The translations under genes and the position numbers were made by a program. The notes under the pieces are model-generated. The model was not told where the DNA came from. It made no database searches and was given only the letters and a program-made list of their open reading frames with translations. Below are positions 1 to 11,495 of a stretch of 64,000 nt of DNA, piece by piece. Origin of the DNA: an uncultured Candidatus Rokubacteria bacterium (GTDB lineage: Bacteria; Methylomirabilota; Methylomirabilia; Rokubacteriales; CSP1-6); contig CAVXJS010000010.1 of assembly GCA_963762145.1 (NCBI GenBank), forward strand, positions 224,001-288,000, written 5' to 3'. How positions within the stretch are numbered: the stretch's first letter is position 1; each line of letters starts with the position of its first letter.

Positions 1-1150
1 GGCGCTCGCTGACGTCGATGAACGCGACGAGGGTGGCCGGGCTGCCCTCCCATTCGACCGCGGTGCCGGTGGCCTCCATCCAGAAGCGGCTTCCGTCACT
101 CCGGAGGCCCTCGACCTCGATCGTCGGGGACGTCGGCTCTCCGCGCAGGCGCGCGTCGACCCGGGCCGCACTCATCTCGCGGTACTCCGGCGCGACGCGT
201 TCCATCACCGGCTGGCCCATCGCCTCCGCGGCGCTCGCGAACCCGAAGATGCGCACCGCGGCCGCGTTGACGAAGCGGATGCGTCCCAGCTGATGGATCA
301 TGATTCCTTCGGTGGAGTCCTCGATCAGGCGGCGGTACTGCCGCTCCGATGCGGCCAGCTCGATGGTGCGGGCGCGCACCCGCTCTTCCAGCTCGGCGTT
401 TATGCGGCGCAGCTCCATCTCCGCCTGGACCCGCCGGGCGTCCGTCCGGTGCAGGCGGACCGCGAGGACCCACACGAGCGCGGTGAACAGCGAGAGATTG
501 GCGAGCGTCACCAGCGCCAGCGCGAGCTCGAAGCCGTAGTAGCCGGCCCGCTCGCCGGTCACGATCACGCCCCCGACGAGGAACGGCCCCAGGACGGTCG
601 CGGGCAGCAGCCAGCGGGCGACCGTGCCGCCCGCGGTGTCCTGGACGAAGATGCCGGTGGCGCCGCGGCCGGGGCGGGCCGCGGTGACGCCGATCGCGAG
701 GACCACCAGCGCCAGCGCGGCATAGGCCTCGGGGCCCACCGTCGTGGCCCCGTAGGCGGACGCGACCACGGTGAGGAATGCGATGAAGCCCGCGGCCACC
801 GTCAGGCGCTGGCCCATCCGGAAGACCGGGGGGCGATCCAGGCTGAGCAGGCCCGCCGCGATCAGGAGGAAGCAGAGGGCGGGCAGGCCGGCGAAGCTCG
901 GCGTGATCGCGAAGAGCGCGATGAGGGCGGTCAGGGTTGCCGCGACGTCGGCGATCCGGCGCCGGAGCGGAGACGGCGGGGGCCGGAGCGCCCAGAGCGC
1001 GCCGCCGCTCAGCACGAAACAGACCGCGACGCGGGGCTCGAGCCGGCCTCCGGCGAGGGCGCCGCCGCCCACCAGCACCGCGAGCGTGGCCGCGACGGCA
1101 CACCAGGCGCCGAGGACGCGGGCCGCGCGCGCGCTCCAGTCCGCTTCCAT
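1..1150 (-). CDS. Membrane-bound PAS-domain sensor protein (probable histidine kinase), truncated by window edge
   Basis: My translation from ATG at 1150 (MEADWSARAARVLGAW...) gives several TM helices, a coiled coil (ELEERVRARTIELAASERQYRRLIE) and a PAS domain (GIMIHQLGRIRFVNAAAVRIFG...DGSRFWME). Open to position 1. Confidence 0.8.
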   Translation of the reverse strand, partial: MEADWSARAARVLGAWCAVAATLAVLVGGGALAGGRLEPRVAVCFVLSGGALWALRPPPSPLRRRIADVAATLTALIALFAITPSFAGLPALCFLLIAAGLLSLDRPPVFRMGQRLTVAAGFIAFLTVVASAYGATTVGPEAYAALALVVLAIGVTAARPGRGATGIFVQDTAGGTVARWLLPATVLGPFLVGGVIVTGERAGYYGFELALALVTLANLSLFTALVWVLAVRLHRTDARRVQAEMELRRINAELEERVRARTIELAASERQYRRLIEDSTEGIMIHQLGRIRFVNAAAVRIFGFASAAEAMGQPVMERVAPEYREMSAARVDARLRGEPTSPTIEVEGLRSDGSRFWMEATGTAVEWEGSPATLVAFIDVSER

Positions 1151-1199
1151 CGCCGGAGTCGTCTCACGGCTCGGGCGCGCGGTCAAGGGGCGCGCGGGG

Positions 1200-2057
1200 T
1201 CACCGCGAGAGCAGGGCCACCCCCAGCACGATCAGGGTCACGCCCGCGACGATCCGCCAGCCGAGCTTGCTCCGCTCGCTCGGGATCAGGTAGGCCAGGC
1301 CGAGCACGAAGAGCGGCGCGGTGCCCGCGAGGGGGATCACCACGCTCACGTCGCCGAAGCCCAGGGCCAGGAGCAGGAGGAAGACGCCGCTGTTCTCCGC
1401 GATGCCGCCTCCGATGAAGTAGAGCAGGCTCCGCCGGCTGCAGCGGAGCGAGCCCAGGTTGCCCGAGGCGGCCACGAACGCGGTGGTCGCGATCAGGGCC
1501 GCGGTGACGTTGATCGTGGCGCCGAGGAGCGGGCCGGCCGAGGCCAGGCCGAGCTTGCGCAGGATCTGGACGGTGCCGAAGCACGAGGCCCCGACGAAGG
1601 GGTACAGGAGATCGACGGGGCGGAATCCCACCAGCCGCCCGCTCAGGGATAACAGAATCGTGCCCGCGACGATGACCAGCGTGCCCCCGACGATCGGCAG
1701 CGTCACGTGCTCGCCCAGCAGCAGGATCGCGAGGCCGCTGGCCACCAGCGGGGTCAGGTTGTTGACTGCGGATGCCACCGGCGCACCGACCTTCTGGATG
1801 GCGAGCACGCGGAAGAGCCGGCCTCCGGTGGTGCCGATCAGGCCCGAGAGGGCGAAGTAGGGCACCGCCTGCCACGGGAAGGTGTCGAAGCGGACGAGCA
1901 GGAGGGCGGCCGTCCACGCCGCGATCACCCCCACCACCACGTTGATCCAGGCGCCGGCGTAGAAGGTCGAGCCGCGAAGCCCGCGCTGGATGAAGATGGT
2001 CGCGGCCGCGGCGCACAGGGCACTCGACAGCGCCAGCACGTGCGGCGTCGGGAGCAA
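1200..2057 (-). CDS. DMT/EamA family transporter
   Basis: 285 aa, about 10 TM helices, two EamA-like halves (AILLLGEHVT; GDVSVVIPL). Confidence 0.85.
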   Translation of the reverse strand: MLPTPHVLALSSALCAAAATIFIQRGLRGSTFYAGAWINVVVGVIAAWTAALLLVRFDTFPWQAVPYFALSGLIGTTGGRLFRVLAIQKVGAPVASAVNNLTPLVASGLAILLLGEHVTLPIVGGTLVIVAGTILLSLSGRLVGFRPVDLLYPFVGASCFGTVQILRKLGLASAGPLLGATINVTAALIATTAFVAASGNLGSLRCSRRSLLYFIGGGIAENSGVFLLLLALGFGDVSVVIPLAGTAPLFVLGLAYLIPSERSKLGWRIVAGVTLIVLGVALLSR

Positions 2058-2072
2058 CGGGGGCCCGGGGGA

Positions 2073-2987
2073 TCAGCCGACTTCGGCGCGAAGGCGGTCG
2101 TGCAGCGTGGCGAGCTGCTCGGTCATCGCGGCCACGGAGCGCGCGCCGGCCTGGAAGATCGCGGTGGCGTTGAGCGCCACCCAGCCGAAGCCCCAGGCCT
2201 TGAGCGCGCCGACGCGGGCGACCACCGCGTCGTGGTCGGCGTAGAAGGTCTTGCCCGCCGCGTCGCGAGGCGGGGGCGCGACCATGCTCTGCAGCCCGAT
2301 GGCCGCGGGGTCGCGGCCGGCGGCTTCCGCGTGGCGGTGGATGGCCTCGATGGCCTCGCGCGCGCTCGCCGCGTCGGTGACCCGGCTGGCCAGCCAGCCG
2401 TCGCCGAGCCGGCCCACGCGCCGGAACGCGGCCTCCGAGAGGCCGCCGATCCAGATCGGCAGGCGGCCGGCCTGGGGCGGCTTGGGCTCCATCGCCATGG
2501 AGACGGTGGGGTAGTGCGCGCTGTCGAAGCTCACGTCCCCGTCGCCCCAGTAGGCGCGCAGCAGCCGGATGGCCTCGTCCATGCGCGCGCCCCGCGTCCG
2601 GAAGGGCTCGCCGAGGGCCTCGTACTCCGACTCCTGCCAGCCGACGCCCACCCCGAGGCGCACCCGGCCGCCCGACAGCGTGTCGAGCGTGCTGACCTGC
2701 TTGGCCACCAGGGCGGGCTGGCGCTGCGGGAGCACCAGCACCTCGGTGCCGAGGGTGACGCGGGTGGTGACGGCCGCCATGTAGGACAGCGCCATCAGCG
2801 CCTCGAGGATCGGCATCGCCGCGTTGTAGGGGCCGCGGGGGCGGCCCTCGATCGGGTGGCCCATGACCACGTGGTCGAAGATGTCGATGTGGTCGTAGCC
2901 GATCCGCTCGATGGCGCGGGCGAGGTCGGCCACCGCGGCCGGACCTTCCCGGTAGGACACGCTCGGAAACTCGACGCTGAGCTTCAT
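2073..2987 (-). CDS. LLM class (F420/flavin-dependent) oxidoreductase
   Basis: FDHVVM, TLDTLSGGRVRLGVGVGW..EY, PIWIGG and RVGRLGDGW motifs. Confidence 0.9.
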   Translation of the reverse strand: MKLSVEFPSVSYREGPAAVADLARAIERIGYDHIDIFDHVVMGHPIEGRPRGPYNAAMPILEALMALSYMAAVTTRVTLGTEVLVLPQRQPALVAKQVSTLDTLSGGRVRLGVGVGWQESEYEALGEPFRTRGARMDEAIRLLRAYWGDGDVSFDSAHYPTVSMAMEPKPPQAGRLPIWIGGLSEAAFRRVGRLGDGWLASRVTDAASAREAIEAIHRHAEAAGRDPAAIGLQSMVAPPPRDAAGKTFYADHDAVVARVGALKAWGFGWVALNATAIFQAGARSVAAMTEQLATLHDRLRAEVG

Positions 2988-3015
2988 GCGGCCGCTAGTC
3001 TACACCGGGGGCGCC

Positions 3016-3045
3016 TTGACCTGCTCGGGGACCGGCTGCTAGGCT
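3016..3045 (+). promoter_or_regulatory. Putative sigma70 promoter of tctCBA operon
   Basis: TTGACC-N18-TAGGCT, followed by an AAGGAG RBS before the ATG at 3083. Confidence 0.5.
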
Positions 3046-3082
3046 GCGGCACTGGCTGCGGCACCCCCAACCATCGAAGGAG

Positions 3083-4090
3083 ATGAGCATGAGGCGAGCG
3101 CTCCCCGGGCTGGGCCTGTTCGTTCTGCTGACCGCGATCGCGGCGGGGTCCGCGTGGGCCCAGGAGCCGTATCCCACGCGGCCGGTCACCATCGTGGTCG
3201 CGTTCCCGCCGGGCGGCATCGCCGACAACACCGCGCGGCCGGTGGCGGCGGCGCTCGAGCGCATCCTCAAGCAGCCGGTGGTCGTGCTGAACAAGGCGGG
3301 CGCGGCGGGCGCGGTGGGCTACCAGACCGCGGCCACCAGCAAGCCCGACGGCTACACGCTGCTGATGGCGCTGGTCAGCGTGTCCGTGCTGCCCGAGGTG
3401 GACAAGCTCTTCGGGCGCCCGCCGAACTACACGCGCGAGCAGCTCACCGGCATCGCCCGCATCAACGCGGATCCGACCATGCTGGTGGTCCGGGCCGACA
3501 CGCCGTGGAAGACGCTGAAGGAGTTCGTGGAGGACGCCCGGAAGAAGCCGGGCGAGATCGTCTTCAGCTCCTCCGGCCTCTACGGCACCGCGCACATCCC
3601 GATGGAGATGTTCATGCAGGCGGCCGGCATCAAGCTGCGCCACCTGCCGACCACCGGCGGCGGGCCGATGATGAACGCGGTGCTCGGCGGCCACGCGCAG
3701 GCGGTGATGACGCCGGTGAGCCTGGCCGCCCAGCACGTGAAGGCGGGCAAGCTGCGGCTGCTCGCCCACAGCGGGCCGGCGCCGGTGGCCGCGTATCCCG
3801 ACGTGCCGTCGTTCAAGTCGCACGGCTACGACGTCGAGTACACCGCGTGGGCGGGCCTCGTCGCGCCCGAAGGGCACGCCGCCCGCACGTGATCAAGATC
3901 CTGCGCGACGCCACGCGCCAGGCGGTGAAGGAGCCCGAGGTCGATCAGCGCGCACGCCAAGCTCGACACGCCGATCGCCTACATGGACGCCGACGAGTTC
4001 AACGCGTGGTGGGCGCAGGACGCGGCGCGCCTCGCCGAGGTCGTGAAGCAGATCGGCAAGGTCGAGAGCGCGCAGTACGCCGCGCCATGA
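3083..4090 (+). CDS. tctC: Tripartite tricarboxylate transporter substrate-binding protein (Bug/TctC), frameshifted near 3870-3950
   Basis: YPTRPVTIVVAFPPGG, NKAGAAG and PDGYTL Bug motifs. C-terminus continues in other frames to TGA at 4088-4090. Confidence 0.85.
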
Positions 4091-4538
4091 CCATCGACCG
4101 CGTCGCCGGCGTGGCGCTGTGCTGATCGGGCTCGTCGCCATCTGGGAGAGCCGCGGTCTTCCCGCTCGGCTCGCTGCGCCGGCCCGGGCCCGCCTACATG
4201 CCGGTGGTCGCTCGCCGCGCTGCTGATCCTCTTCGGCGTGGCCGTGTGCCGCGATGGGGCGGCGCGCCCGGCGCCTGGCCGAGCTGGGCGTGGGCGGAGT
4301 GGCGGCACGCGGCGGCGATCTTCGGCGCGTGCGCCTTCGCGGCGTGGGGCGCTCGAGCGGCTCGGCTACCGGCTCACCATGGCGCTCGTGGTGCTCGCTT
4401 CCTGCTCGATGGTCGTCGAGCGCAAGGGCTGGGCGCTCGGGCTCGCGCTCACGGTCGGCGATGGCGTGGGGCTCCTTCTTCGTCTTCGACACGCTGCTGC
4501 GCGTTCCGCTGCCCCGCGGCCCCTTCTTCGGGCTCTGA
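4087..4538 (+). CDS. tctB: TctB family small membrane subunit (multiple indels)
   Basis: MTIDRVAG..., GPAYMP, ERLGY and [14 protein letters not shown] fragments between tctC and tctA. Confidence 0.75.
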
Positions 4539-4540
4539 CC

Positions 4541-6064
4541 GTGCTCGAGACGCTCCAGAACCTCGGCCTCGGCTTCCAGGTCGCGCTCGCCCCCGGGCGT
4601 GCTCTGGTACGGCTTCATCGGCTGCCTGGTCGGCACGCTGGTCGGCGTGCTGCCGGGCGTGGGGCCGCTCGCCGGGATCAGCCTGCTGCTGCCCGCGACC
4701 TACGGCCTCGACGCCACGCGCGCGCTCGTCATGCTCGGCCGGCATCTACTACGGCGCGATGTACGGCGGCTCGACCACGTCGATCCTGATGCGCATTCCC
4801 GGCGAGGCGGCGTCGGTGATGACGTGCATCGACGGCTACGCGATGGCGCGCAAGGGCCGCGCGGGGCCGGCGCTCGACGATCGCCGCGGTCGGCTCGTAC
4901 GTCGCCGGGACGGTGAGCGTGGTCGCGCTCATGTTGCTGGCCCCGCCGCTCGCCTCGTTCGCGCTGCGCTTCGGCCCGCCCGAGTACTTCGCGCTGCTGC
5001 TGCTGGGCCTGCTCGTCCTCGCGTACATGAACACCGGCTCGATGCTGAAGGGCCTCGCCATGGCGGCGCTCGGGCTGCTGCTCGGCATGATCGGCATCGA
5101 CCAGATGAGCGGCTACTTCCGCTTCGCGTACGGCGATCACCGAGCTGGGCGACGGCATCGGCGTGGTGCCGGTGGCGGTCGGGCTCTTCGGGCTCGCCGA
5201 GATCCTGCTGACCGCGGGGCAGAAGAATCCGCCCGCGGTGATCCGCCCGCGGCTGCGCGACCTGCTGCCGTCGCGCCAGGAGTGGCGCGAGGCGCACCTG
5301 CCGATCTGGCGCGGCACCGGCGATCGGCTTCCTGATCGGCATCATCCCGGGCTCCGCGCACGTCATCTCGACGTTCGTCTCCTACGCGATCGAGCGCAAG
5401 ATCTCGAAGCGCCCGGAGGAGTTCGGCCACGGCGCGGTCGCCGGCGTGGCGGGGCCGGAGTCGGCCAACAACGCGGCGACGTCCGGCGCGTTCGTGCCGA
5501 TGCTGGCGCTGGGCGTGCCCGGCGTGCCGATCGCCGCGCTGCTGCTCGCCGCCATGATGGTGCACGGGGTGACGCCGGGCCCGCTGCTGATCCAGCAGGA
5601 CCCGCAGCTCTTCTGGGGCTTCATCGCCTCGATGTACGTCGGCAACGTCATTCTGCTTGATCCTCAACCTGCCGCTGGTCGGCCTCTTCGTGAACCTGCT
5701 GCGCGTGCCGTACCCGGTGCTGTACCCGATCGATCCTCGTGTGCTCGATCCTGGGCGTGTACGCGGTCAACGGCAGCGTGGTCGACGTGTGGATCATGCT
5801 GGCGATGGGCGTGCTCGGGCTACGTGCTGCGCAAGCTCGACTTCGAGACCGCGCCGATCGTGCTGGGGCTGGTGCTGGCGCCGATGATGGAGCTGTCGCT
5901 CCGCCAGTCGCTCGCCATGTCCGCCGGCAACTACGCGATCTTCGTCACCCGGCCCATCTCGGTCGACATTGCTCGCGGTCGGCGCCGTCCTGGTCGTCCT
6001 CGCGCTGCGCCCGCTGATCTCGCGCACCCTCGACTGGCGCGCCCGCCTCCCCGTCGACACCTAG
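4541..6064 (+). CDS. tctA: TctA family large permease (multiple indels)
   Basis: [47 protein letters not shown] and AGPESANNA signatures across frames. Confidence 0.88.
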
Positions 6065-6067
6065 ATC

Positions 6068-6152
6068 GGGGTCAGGTCTTACATTCCGACATTTTTCACG
6101 CGGTAGATGAGTCCGGGACAGCAGGAGATGTCGGAATGTAAGACCTGACCCC
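6068..6152. repeat. Family A palindromic element (REPIN/MITE-like), copy 1
   Basis: Perfect 25-bp inverted arms GGGGTCAGGTCTTACATTCCGACAT / ATGTCGGAATGTAAGACCTGACCCC. Confidence 0.92.
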
Positions 6153-6166
6153 ACCTTTGGAGAGAT

Positions 6167-8508
6167 ATGGCTGAGCATGCTGGGGAGGTGAGGCGGCGAG
6201 AGGACCCGCGGCTGATCACGGGGGCGGGGGAGTTCGTCGACGATCTGCGCGTGCCGGGGTGCCTGCACGCGGCGATGCTGCGCTCGCCGCACGCGCACGC
6301 GCGCATCCGCGCGATCGACGTGGCGGCGGCGCGCCGGCGCCCGGGCGTGGTCGGGGTCTTCGTGGCGGCGGACCTCGGGGCCGGCGGGCGCGCCGATCCC
6401 GATCTACGCGCCGCACCCGGCGCTGCCGGTGCCGTGCAGGATCATGCCGCTGGCGCGCCGAGCGCGTGCGCTTCGTGGGCGAGCCGGTCGCGGTGGTCAT
6501 CGCGGAGGACGTCTATCGCGCCGGGACGCGCTCGACCTCATCCGCGTGGAGTACGAGCCGCTGCCCGCGGTGGTGGACGTGGAGGCCGCGCTGGCCCCCG
6601 GCGCGCCGATCCTCCACGAGGAGGTCGGCAGCAACGTGGTGGCGGAGTGGCGGCAGCGGGTGGGCGACGTGGACGCGGCGCTCCGCGCCGCGCCGGTGCG
6701 TCGTGCGCGCCCGGATCCGGCTCGCGCGCGGCGGCGCGCACCCGCTCGAGCCGCGCGTCGCTGGTCGCCGCAGTGGAAGGACGCGCGGCTCACGGTGTGG
6801 GGCGCGGTGCAGATGGTCCACCGCCACCGCGGGGTGATCGCGGAGCATCTCGGCCTGCCCGAGGACCACGTGCGCGTGATCGCGCCGCCCGACGTGGGCG
6901 GCGGCTTCGGCACCAAGGGCATGTACTACCCCGAGTACATCGTGGTGGCGGAGCTGGCGCGGCAGCTCGGCCGGCCGGTGAAGTGGATCGAGACGCGCCG
7001 CGAGCACACCCTGGTGGCCTGCGTGGAGCGCGACCAGGTGCACGACGTCGAGATCGCGGCCACCCGCGACGGCCGGCTCCTCGGGCTGCGCGACGACTTC
7101 CTCCACGACATGGGCGCCTACACGATCTCCGGCCTGAACCTGCCGCAGAACGCGATGATCCACTCGGTGGGCTCCGTACGTGATCCCGACGCTCGACCTG
7201 CGCTTCCGCGGCGTGATGACGTACACGACGCCGGCGGGCGCCTACCGCGGCGCCGGGCGCCCGTACGGGCACCGCGCTGATCGAGCGCGCGATGGACGCG
7301 CTCGCGCGCGAGCTCGCGCATGGACCCGGTGGAGCTGCGCCGGCGCAACCTGATCGCGGCGCGACCGGCATCCGTACGCCACCGGGCTCAACACCGCCGG
7401 GCGCGGGCCGGTGGACTACGACAGCGGCGACTACCCGCGCTGCATGGACCTGGCGCTCGAGGCGCTCGACCTGCCCGCGGCGCGCCGCGAGCAGGCGCGG
7501 CTGCGCGCGCGAGGGCCGCTACCTCGGCATCGGCGTCGTGAACTACGTGGAGGCGACCGCCACCGTGCCGAACGAGAGCGCGGTGGTGCGCGTGCGATCC
7601 CGACGGCGCGCGTCACCGTGGTCAGCGGCGCCGCGCCGCAGGGCCAGGGGCACGTCACGATGTTCTCGCGCCTGGTCGGCCGCGCAGCTCGGCGTGGATC
7701 CCGACGCGATCGAGGTGCTGACCGGCGACACCGCGCTCGTGCACACCGGCGGCGGCACCTACGGCAGCCGCACCGCCGCGATCGGCGGCAGCGCGGCGCT
7801 GCTGGCCTCGCGCGCGGTGCTGCGAGAAGGCGCGGCGGGTCGCCGCGCACCTGCTGGAGGCGGCGGCGGCCGACGTCGTGGTCGAGCGACGGCGCGTTCG
7901 CGGTGCGCGGGCTGCCGAGCCGCGCGCTGGGCTGGCGCGAGGTCGCGGCCGCCGCGCACGCGGGGCGGGTGCCCGGTGAGAGCCGCGGGGCTCGAGGACA
8001 CCCAGGTCTTCAGCGTGTCGCAGTCGAGCTACGCCAACGGCACCCACGCGGTGGTGCTGGAGGTGGATCCGGAGACCGGCGCGGTCGCGATCCTGCGCTG
8101 GATCGTGGCGCACGACTGCGGCCACGTGCTCGAGCCGGGCATCGTCGACGGGCAGATCCACGGCGGCGGTGGTGCAGGGCCTGCCGGACGCGCTCAACGT
8201 CCAGCTCGCCTACGACGACGGCGGCCAGCGCCTCACCGCGACGCTGATGGACTACACGCTCGCCACCGCGGCCGACGCGCCGCCCACCTTCGAGATCCGC
8301 CACCTCGAGATCGCCGACCCCGCTCAACCCGCTCGGCGCCAAGGGCGCGGGCGAGGGCGGCATCATGCCGGTGCATCCCCTCATCGCCCAGGCCATCGAG
8401 GACGCGCTGGCGCCCTTCGGCTGCGCCCGCATCGAGCGCGTGCCGGTGACGCGCGCCGACATCCACGCCATGGTCCAGGCGGCGCGGGGCGCCCCAGCGC
8501 GTCGATGA
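6167..8508 (+). CDS. Xanthine dehydrogenase/CoxL-like molybdopterin-binding subunit (many indels)
   Basis: [52 protein letters not shown] and AKGAGEGG motifs spread over frames. Confidence 0.88.
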
Positions 8509-10604
8509 TTCCCGGGATCAACTGGGGCGTGCTGGCGCTCGTCCTGGCGCTCGGCGCGTTCATCGTCGCCTGGGTGACCACGGGGCCGCGGCCGCGGACG
8601 GCGTTGCTGGCCGGCTTCAGCGGCGCGCTGGGGATTCTGAGCGGCTACGTCCTCTACGCCTACGCGTCGGAGAAGGCAGAGGAAGGCGTGCTCGTCCAGG
8701 TGCTGGGGCTGCTCCTCATCGTCGGCGTGATGTCCTTCGTCTTCGAGGTGCTGCGCCACGCGATCGAGGGCCACGAGGAGCCCTGGCCCGCGCGGCGCAT
8801 CCTCAGCACGATCCTGATCCTGGCCGTCTTCGAGCTCTACATCGTGGCCTGGCACCACGGGCTCGAGCAGACCCCGGAGAAGCTCAGCCACATCACCGAG
8901 GTCATCTTCGGCGAGCACCTGGCCGGGCAGCTCGGGCCCGGCTGGAACCTGATCGTGCTCGGCGCGCTCTGGGTCGCGGTCGGGATCGCGGTGACCTGGC
9001 GCCTTCGGGCCTACATCCTGAAGACGAGCGAGATCCCGCTCGGCGACCCGGAGTCCGACGCCGTCCGTCGGTGGCCCGATCCCCGGACGATCGGGCGCGG
9101 GGCGTGGGCGGGCTTCGTGGCGGCGGCCGTCTGGGCGCCAGTGATGGCCCTCGGCTACGTCGCGCTGGTGCGCGCCTGGCTGATGGTCGAGTGGCTCCGG
9201 GCCGACTACCCGGGCTGGTGGCGCCAGAGCGTGGAGTGGCTGCTGGACTGGACCGCGGTGCTGCCGCCGCTTCGCGCGCTGCTCGGGCTCGCGCTCTCGG
9301 CCATCGGGAACCTGGCGTACTACGGGCACGTGGTCGGGCTGATGCTCGGCCTCGCCCTCGTGATCGGCCTCGGGTGGGGGGCGGCGACCACGGCGGGAGC
9401 GCGGCTCTGGGGCATCCCGTTCCTGGCCGCCGGGGCGGTCTTGCTGATTCCGCTGCTGGTCAACCTGCTCCTGACGGGGGACTCCCTCTGGAACCTGGTG
9501 CGCCTCTGCGGGCTCGCGATGTTCATCTGGGGCGTGCCGGCGGTGCTCCTCGGGATCCTGGCGCCCTTCCTCCGGCAGCCGGCCAGGATGCCCTGGCTGT
9601 GGGGCCTCCTCGCGTTCGGCGCCGCGGTGGTGCTGGCCACGGCCGTCATCATCGGCACCAGAGGCGGGGGGCTCACCCGCCTCGAGGCCGGCGTGGTCGT
9701 CGGCCTCGCGGTGTTCTTCGTCGTGACCGGAGCGCTGCTCTGGCGCGGGCCGTGGGTTGCCGAGTTCTGGCCAGTCCTGGGCCTGAGCATGGCGACGCTC
9801 GTGTGGGCGGGCACGTCGGTGGCGCAGACCATCGATCTCTTTCACCTGCAGCGCGTCGCGTATTCGCTCATCTCCGTCCCGCTCTCCGGCCCGACGGCGC
9901 CGCGGCCGGCGCCTTTCGCGATGCCGGCTCCGTGGCGGGGGCTCGACCGCAGCCGGATGGCCGGCGGCCTGAGCACGCTCGAGCTCCTGGGTCCGTGCGA
10001 GCCGCTGGGCCGCGAGCTGGACGCGCGCATCGTGCGCGTGCGCGACGGTGCCGGCACCGCCGAGCGGAGCGGCGAGAGCCTGCAGGGCGGGGTCGCGGCG
10101 CTGCGCGGCAGGGCCGACGGGATCGCGGCGGCGGCCGCGACGCACAAGGGGGGCTCGGCCAGGGACCGGGAGCCGCTCGAGCACCAGCAGGCGCTGGTCG
10201 CGGCGGCGAGGAAGGACGCGGCGGCCCTGGCGCATGACATCGACACGCTCGAGGCCCAGCTCCGGACCGGGATGGCCGAGCGGGCGGCCGGTTCGCTGCG
10301 CGAGGATTGCCGCCCGATTCTGGCGCCCCGGCAAGCAGCGCTGCACCAGGAGCTCTTGGCGCGTGCGGTGGCCTACGGGCGCGTGCTCGAGCAGCTACGC
10401 CCCATCCGCGCGGATCTGAAGCAGGTCGGTCAGCATCTCGACGCGGCGGGGCCCACGATCGACGCCAAGCTGGAGAAGATCCGCATTCGCCTCGCCCAGC
10501 AGCTCGAGCTGGCGGTCACCGCCTCGTTCGGCTTCTGGACCACGGTCGGGATGCTCGCGATGTGGAGGCTGCTGGACCGGAATGGCAAGGCCGGCCATGC
10601 GTGA
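8505..10604 (+). CDS. Hypothetical polytopic membrane protein with long coiled-coil segment (699 aa)
   Basis: ATG at 8505 overlaps the upstream stop (ATGA). Uninterrupted ORF with more than 12 hydrophobic helices, an about 200-aa helical region and a terminal TM helix. Confidence 0.75.
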   Translation: MIPGINWGVLALVLALGAFIVAWVTTGPRPRTALLAGFSGALGILSGYVLYAYASEKAEEGVLVQVLGLLLIVGVMSFVFEVLRHAIEGHEEPWPARRILSTILILAVFELYIVAWHHGLEQTPEKLSHITEVIFGEHLAGQLGPGWNLIVLGALWVAVGIAVTWRLRAYILKTSEIPLGDPESDAVRRWPDPRTIGRGAWAGFVAAAVWAPVMALGYVALVRAWLMVEWLRADYPGWWRQSVEWLLDWTAVLPPLRALLGLALSAIGNLAYYGHVVGLMLGLALVIGLGWGAATTAGARLWGIPFLAAGAVLLIPLLVNLLLTGDSLWNLVRLCGLAMFIWGVPAVLLGILAPFLRQPARMPWLWGLLAFGAAVVLATAVIIGTRGGGLTRLEAGVVVGLAVFFVVTGALLWRGPWVAEFWPVLGLSMATLVWAGTSVAQTIDLFHLQRVAYSLISVPLSGPTAPRPAPFAMPAPWRGLDRSRMAGGLSTLELLGPCEPLGRELDARIVRVRDGAGTAERSGESLQGGVAALRGRADGIAAAAATHKGGSARDREPLEHQQALVAAARKDAAALAHDIDTLEAQLRTGMAERAAGSLREDCRPILAPRQAALHQELLARAVAYGRVLEQLRPIRADLKQVGQHLDAAGPTIDAKLEKIRIRLAQQLELAVTASFGFWTTVGMLAMWRLLDRNGKAGHA

Positions 10605-10652
10605 TGGCGGAGGGGCTTGACAGCCGCGGGCGGCGCCCCGTACACCTCTCGT

Positions 10653-11480
10653 ATGAAGACCCTCTCGCCCGCCGCGGTCGCGCAGTACCGTCGTGACGGC
10701 TTCTACTTTCCCCACCCCGTGCTCTCCCCCGAGGACGCGGCCGGGTACCGCGCGCGGCTCGAGGCGATCGAGCGCGAACGCGGCGGCCCCCTGGGCGGCG
10801 AGCTGCGTCACAAGGGCCACCTCCTCTTCACCTGGCTCGACGCGCTGATCCGCCATCCACGCATCCTGGATGCGGTCGAGGACATCCTGGGCCCGGATCT
10901 CCTCTGCTGGAGCTCGAGCTTCTTCATCAAGGAGGCGCGCGATCCGGCCTTCGTGTCCTGGCACCAGGACTCGACCTACTGGGGGCTGAGCGAGCCCGAC
11001 GTGGTGACCGCGTGGGTGGCCTTCTCGGAGAGCTCGATCGAGAGCGGCGCGATGCGCATGGTGCCGGGCACCCACACCGAGCAGGTCGCGCACCGCGACA
11101 CCTTCGCGCCGGACAACCTGCTCTCGCGCGGCCAGGAGGTCATGGTGGAGGTGGACGAGGCGCGCGCGGTGGACGTGGTGCTCCACCCGGGCGAGATGTC
11201 GCTGCACCACGTGCGCATGTTCCACGGCTCGCCGCCCAACCGCTCCGCGGACCGTCGCATCGGCTACGCCATCCGCTACATCCCGACGCACGTGCGGCAG
11301 GTCGCGGGCCCGCGGGACAGCGCCACTCTCGTGCGCGGCGTGGACACGTACCACCACTTCGATCACGAGGCGCCGCCCGCGGCCGACCTCGATCCCGCCG
11401 CCCGGGCGCAGCACGCCGCCATCATGAAGCGGCAGGGCGAGCTGCTCTACCGCGGCACCACCGCCGAGCGCTTCCGCTAG
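10653..11480 (+). CDS. Phytanoyl-CoA dioxygenase (PhyH) family Fe(II)/2OG dioxygenase
   Basis: WHQDSTYW (HxD), MFHGSPPN and DRRIGYAIRY motifs. Confidence 0.9.
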   Translation: MKTLSPAAVAQYRRDGFYFPHPVLSPEDAAGYRARLEAIERERGGPLGGELRHKGHLLFTWLDALIRHPRILDAVEDILGPDLLCWSSSFFIKEARDPAFVSWHQDSTYWGLSEPDVVTAWVAFSESSIESGAMRMVPGTHTEQVAHRDTFAPDNLLSRGQEVMVEVDEARAVDVVLHPGEMSLHHVRMFHGSPPNRSADRRIGYAIRYIPTHVRQVAGPRDSATLVRGVDTYHHFDHEAPPAADLDPAARAQHAAIMKRQGELLYRGTTAERFR

Positions 11481-11495
11481 CCCGCGCGATTCGCG

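Noticed and set aside
8169-10604. Fusion of Mo-enzyme fragment to membrane protein (811-aa ORF)
   Set aside because: Caused by indels in the upstream gene, which has its own stop at 8506-8508 overlapping an ATG at 8505.
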